From the NCBI GenBank assembly GCA_036785375.1, contig JAWMAR010001544.1:124001-188000 (forward strand): a stretch of DNA of 64,000 nucleotides, read 5' to 3'. Made by a program: the position numbers and the translations under genes. The DNA comes from Leucoraja ocellata (lineage: Eukaryota). This document shows positions 63,599 to 64,000 of the stretch, piece after piece (positions within the stretch are counted from its first letter, which is position 1; each line of letters begins with the position of its first letter). The notes beneath the pieces were generated by a model that saw only the letters and a list, made by a program, of their open reading frames with translations, did not search any database and had not been told where the DNA came from.

Positions 63599-64000
63599 TT
63601 ATCCGTTACTATGTTTGTTTCATATGCGCTGAGAAGAAACAAACTGAGACCAAGTACCCGCTGTTGATTAGAAAATACAGTTCGATGCATCGCAGATCAA
63701 GGACCACAACAATCTCAAACAATTAGAAAGCATAGTGAAAGCAAATTGATGCAAAATGTTCCACTAATTTGGAACTAAACCGCATCCACTTCATAGTCAA
63801 AGGATCGAAAGTCATAGCACATAATGCGTTTAAATCGGCAATCTCACTGCAGCAAAATCACATAACATTCTAAAGCAACATCGATCCAACATTGCAATGA
63901 ATGGGTAATTAATGTAGAAGAACAATTTAAGATAATTATTGGAAATATAGGTTAAAATTACAACTGGATACATCTAGAGACTGAATAGGATAAAGTTTCT

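Noticed and set aside
59786-64000. JH segment or recombination signal sequences
   Set aside because: No WGxGT-VTV segment with a heptamer/nonamer found by eye; ORF 62664-62858 (IQLVTV) lacks the WGxG motif and an RSS.

Overview
Vertebrate genomic DNA from a cartilaginous fish, most likely a skate or ray (inferred from the Ig sequence and the HE1/CR1-type repeats). The window holds the constant part of an IgM heavy-chain gene on the minus strand: CH1 59489-59785, CH2 57753-58070, CH3 55424-55723, CH4 plus secretory tail 53234-53625, TM1 50045-50172 and TM2 49902-49910. All have canonical splice sites and read in frame. I found no V, D or J segment; these presumably lie beyond 64000. About 49 kb downstream (1-6791) is a near-identical partial duplicate. 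It lacks CH1, has a frameshifted CH2, has lost CH3 by apparent recombination between two CR1 LINE fragments, keeps an intact CH4/secretory exon, and is fused at its breakpoint to a 28S rRNA fragment. The ~43 kb between the copies is almost all transposable elements: CR1, L2, Rex1/Babar-like, L1/Tx1-like, DIRS, Penelope-like elements with hammerhead-like motifs, SINEs and MITEs. This includes a 14-kb nest of elements inside an expanded CR1-tail octamer satellite. Several N-gaps limit certainty about the duplications. All calls come from reading the sequence; no database searches were run.
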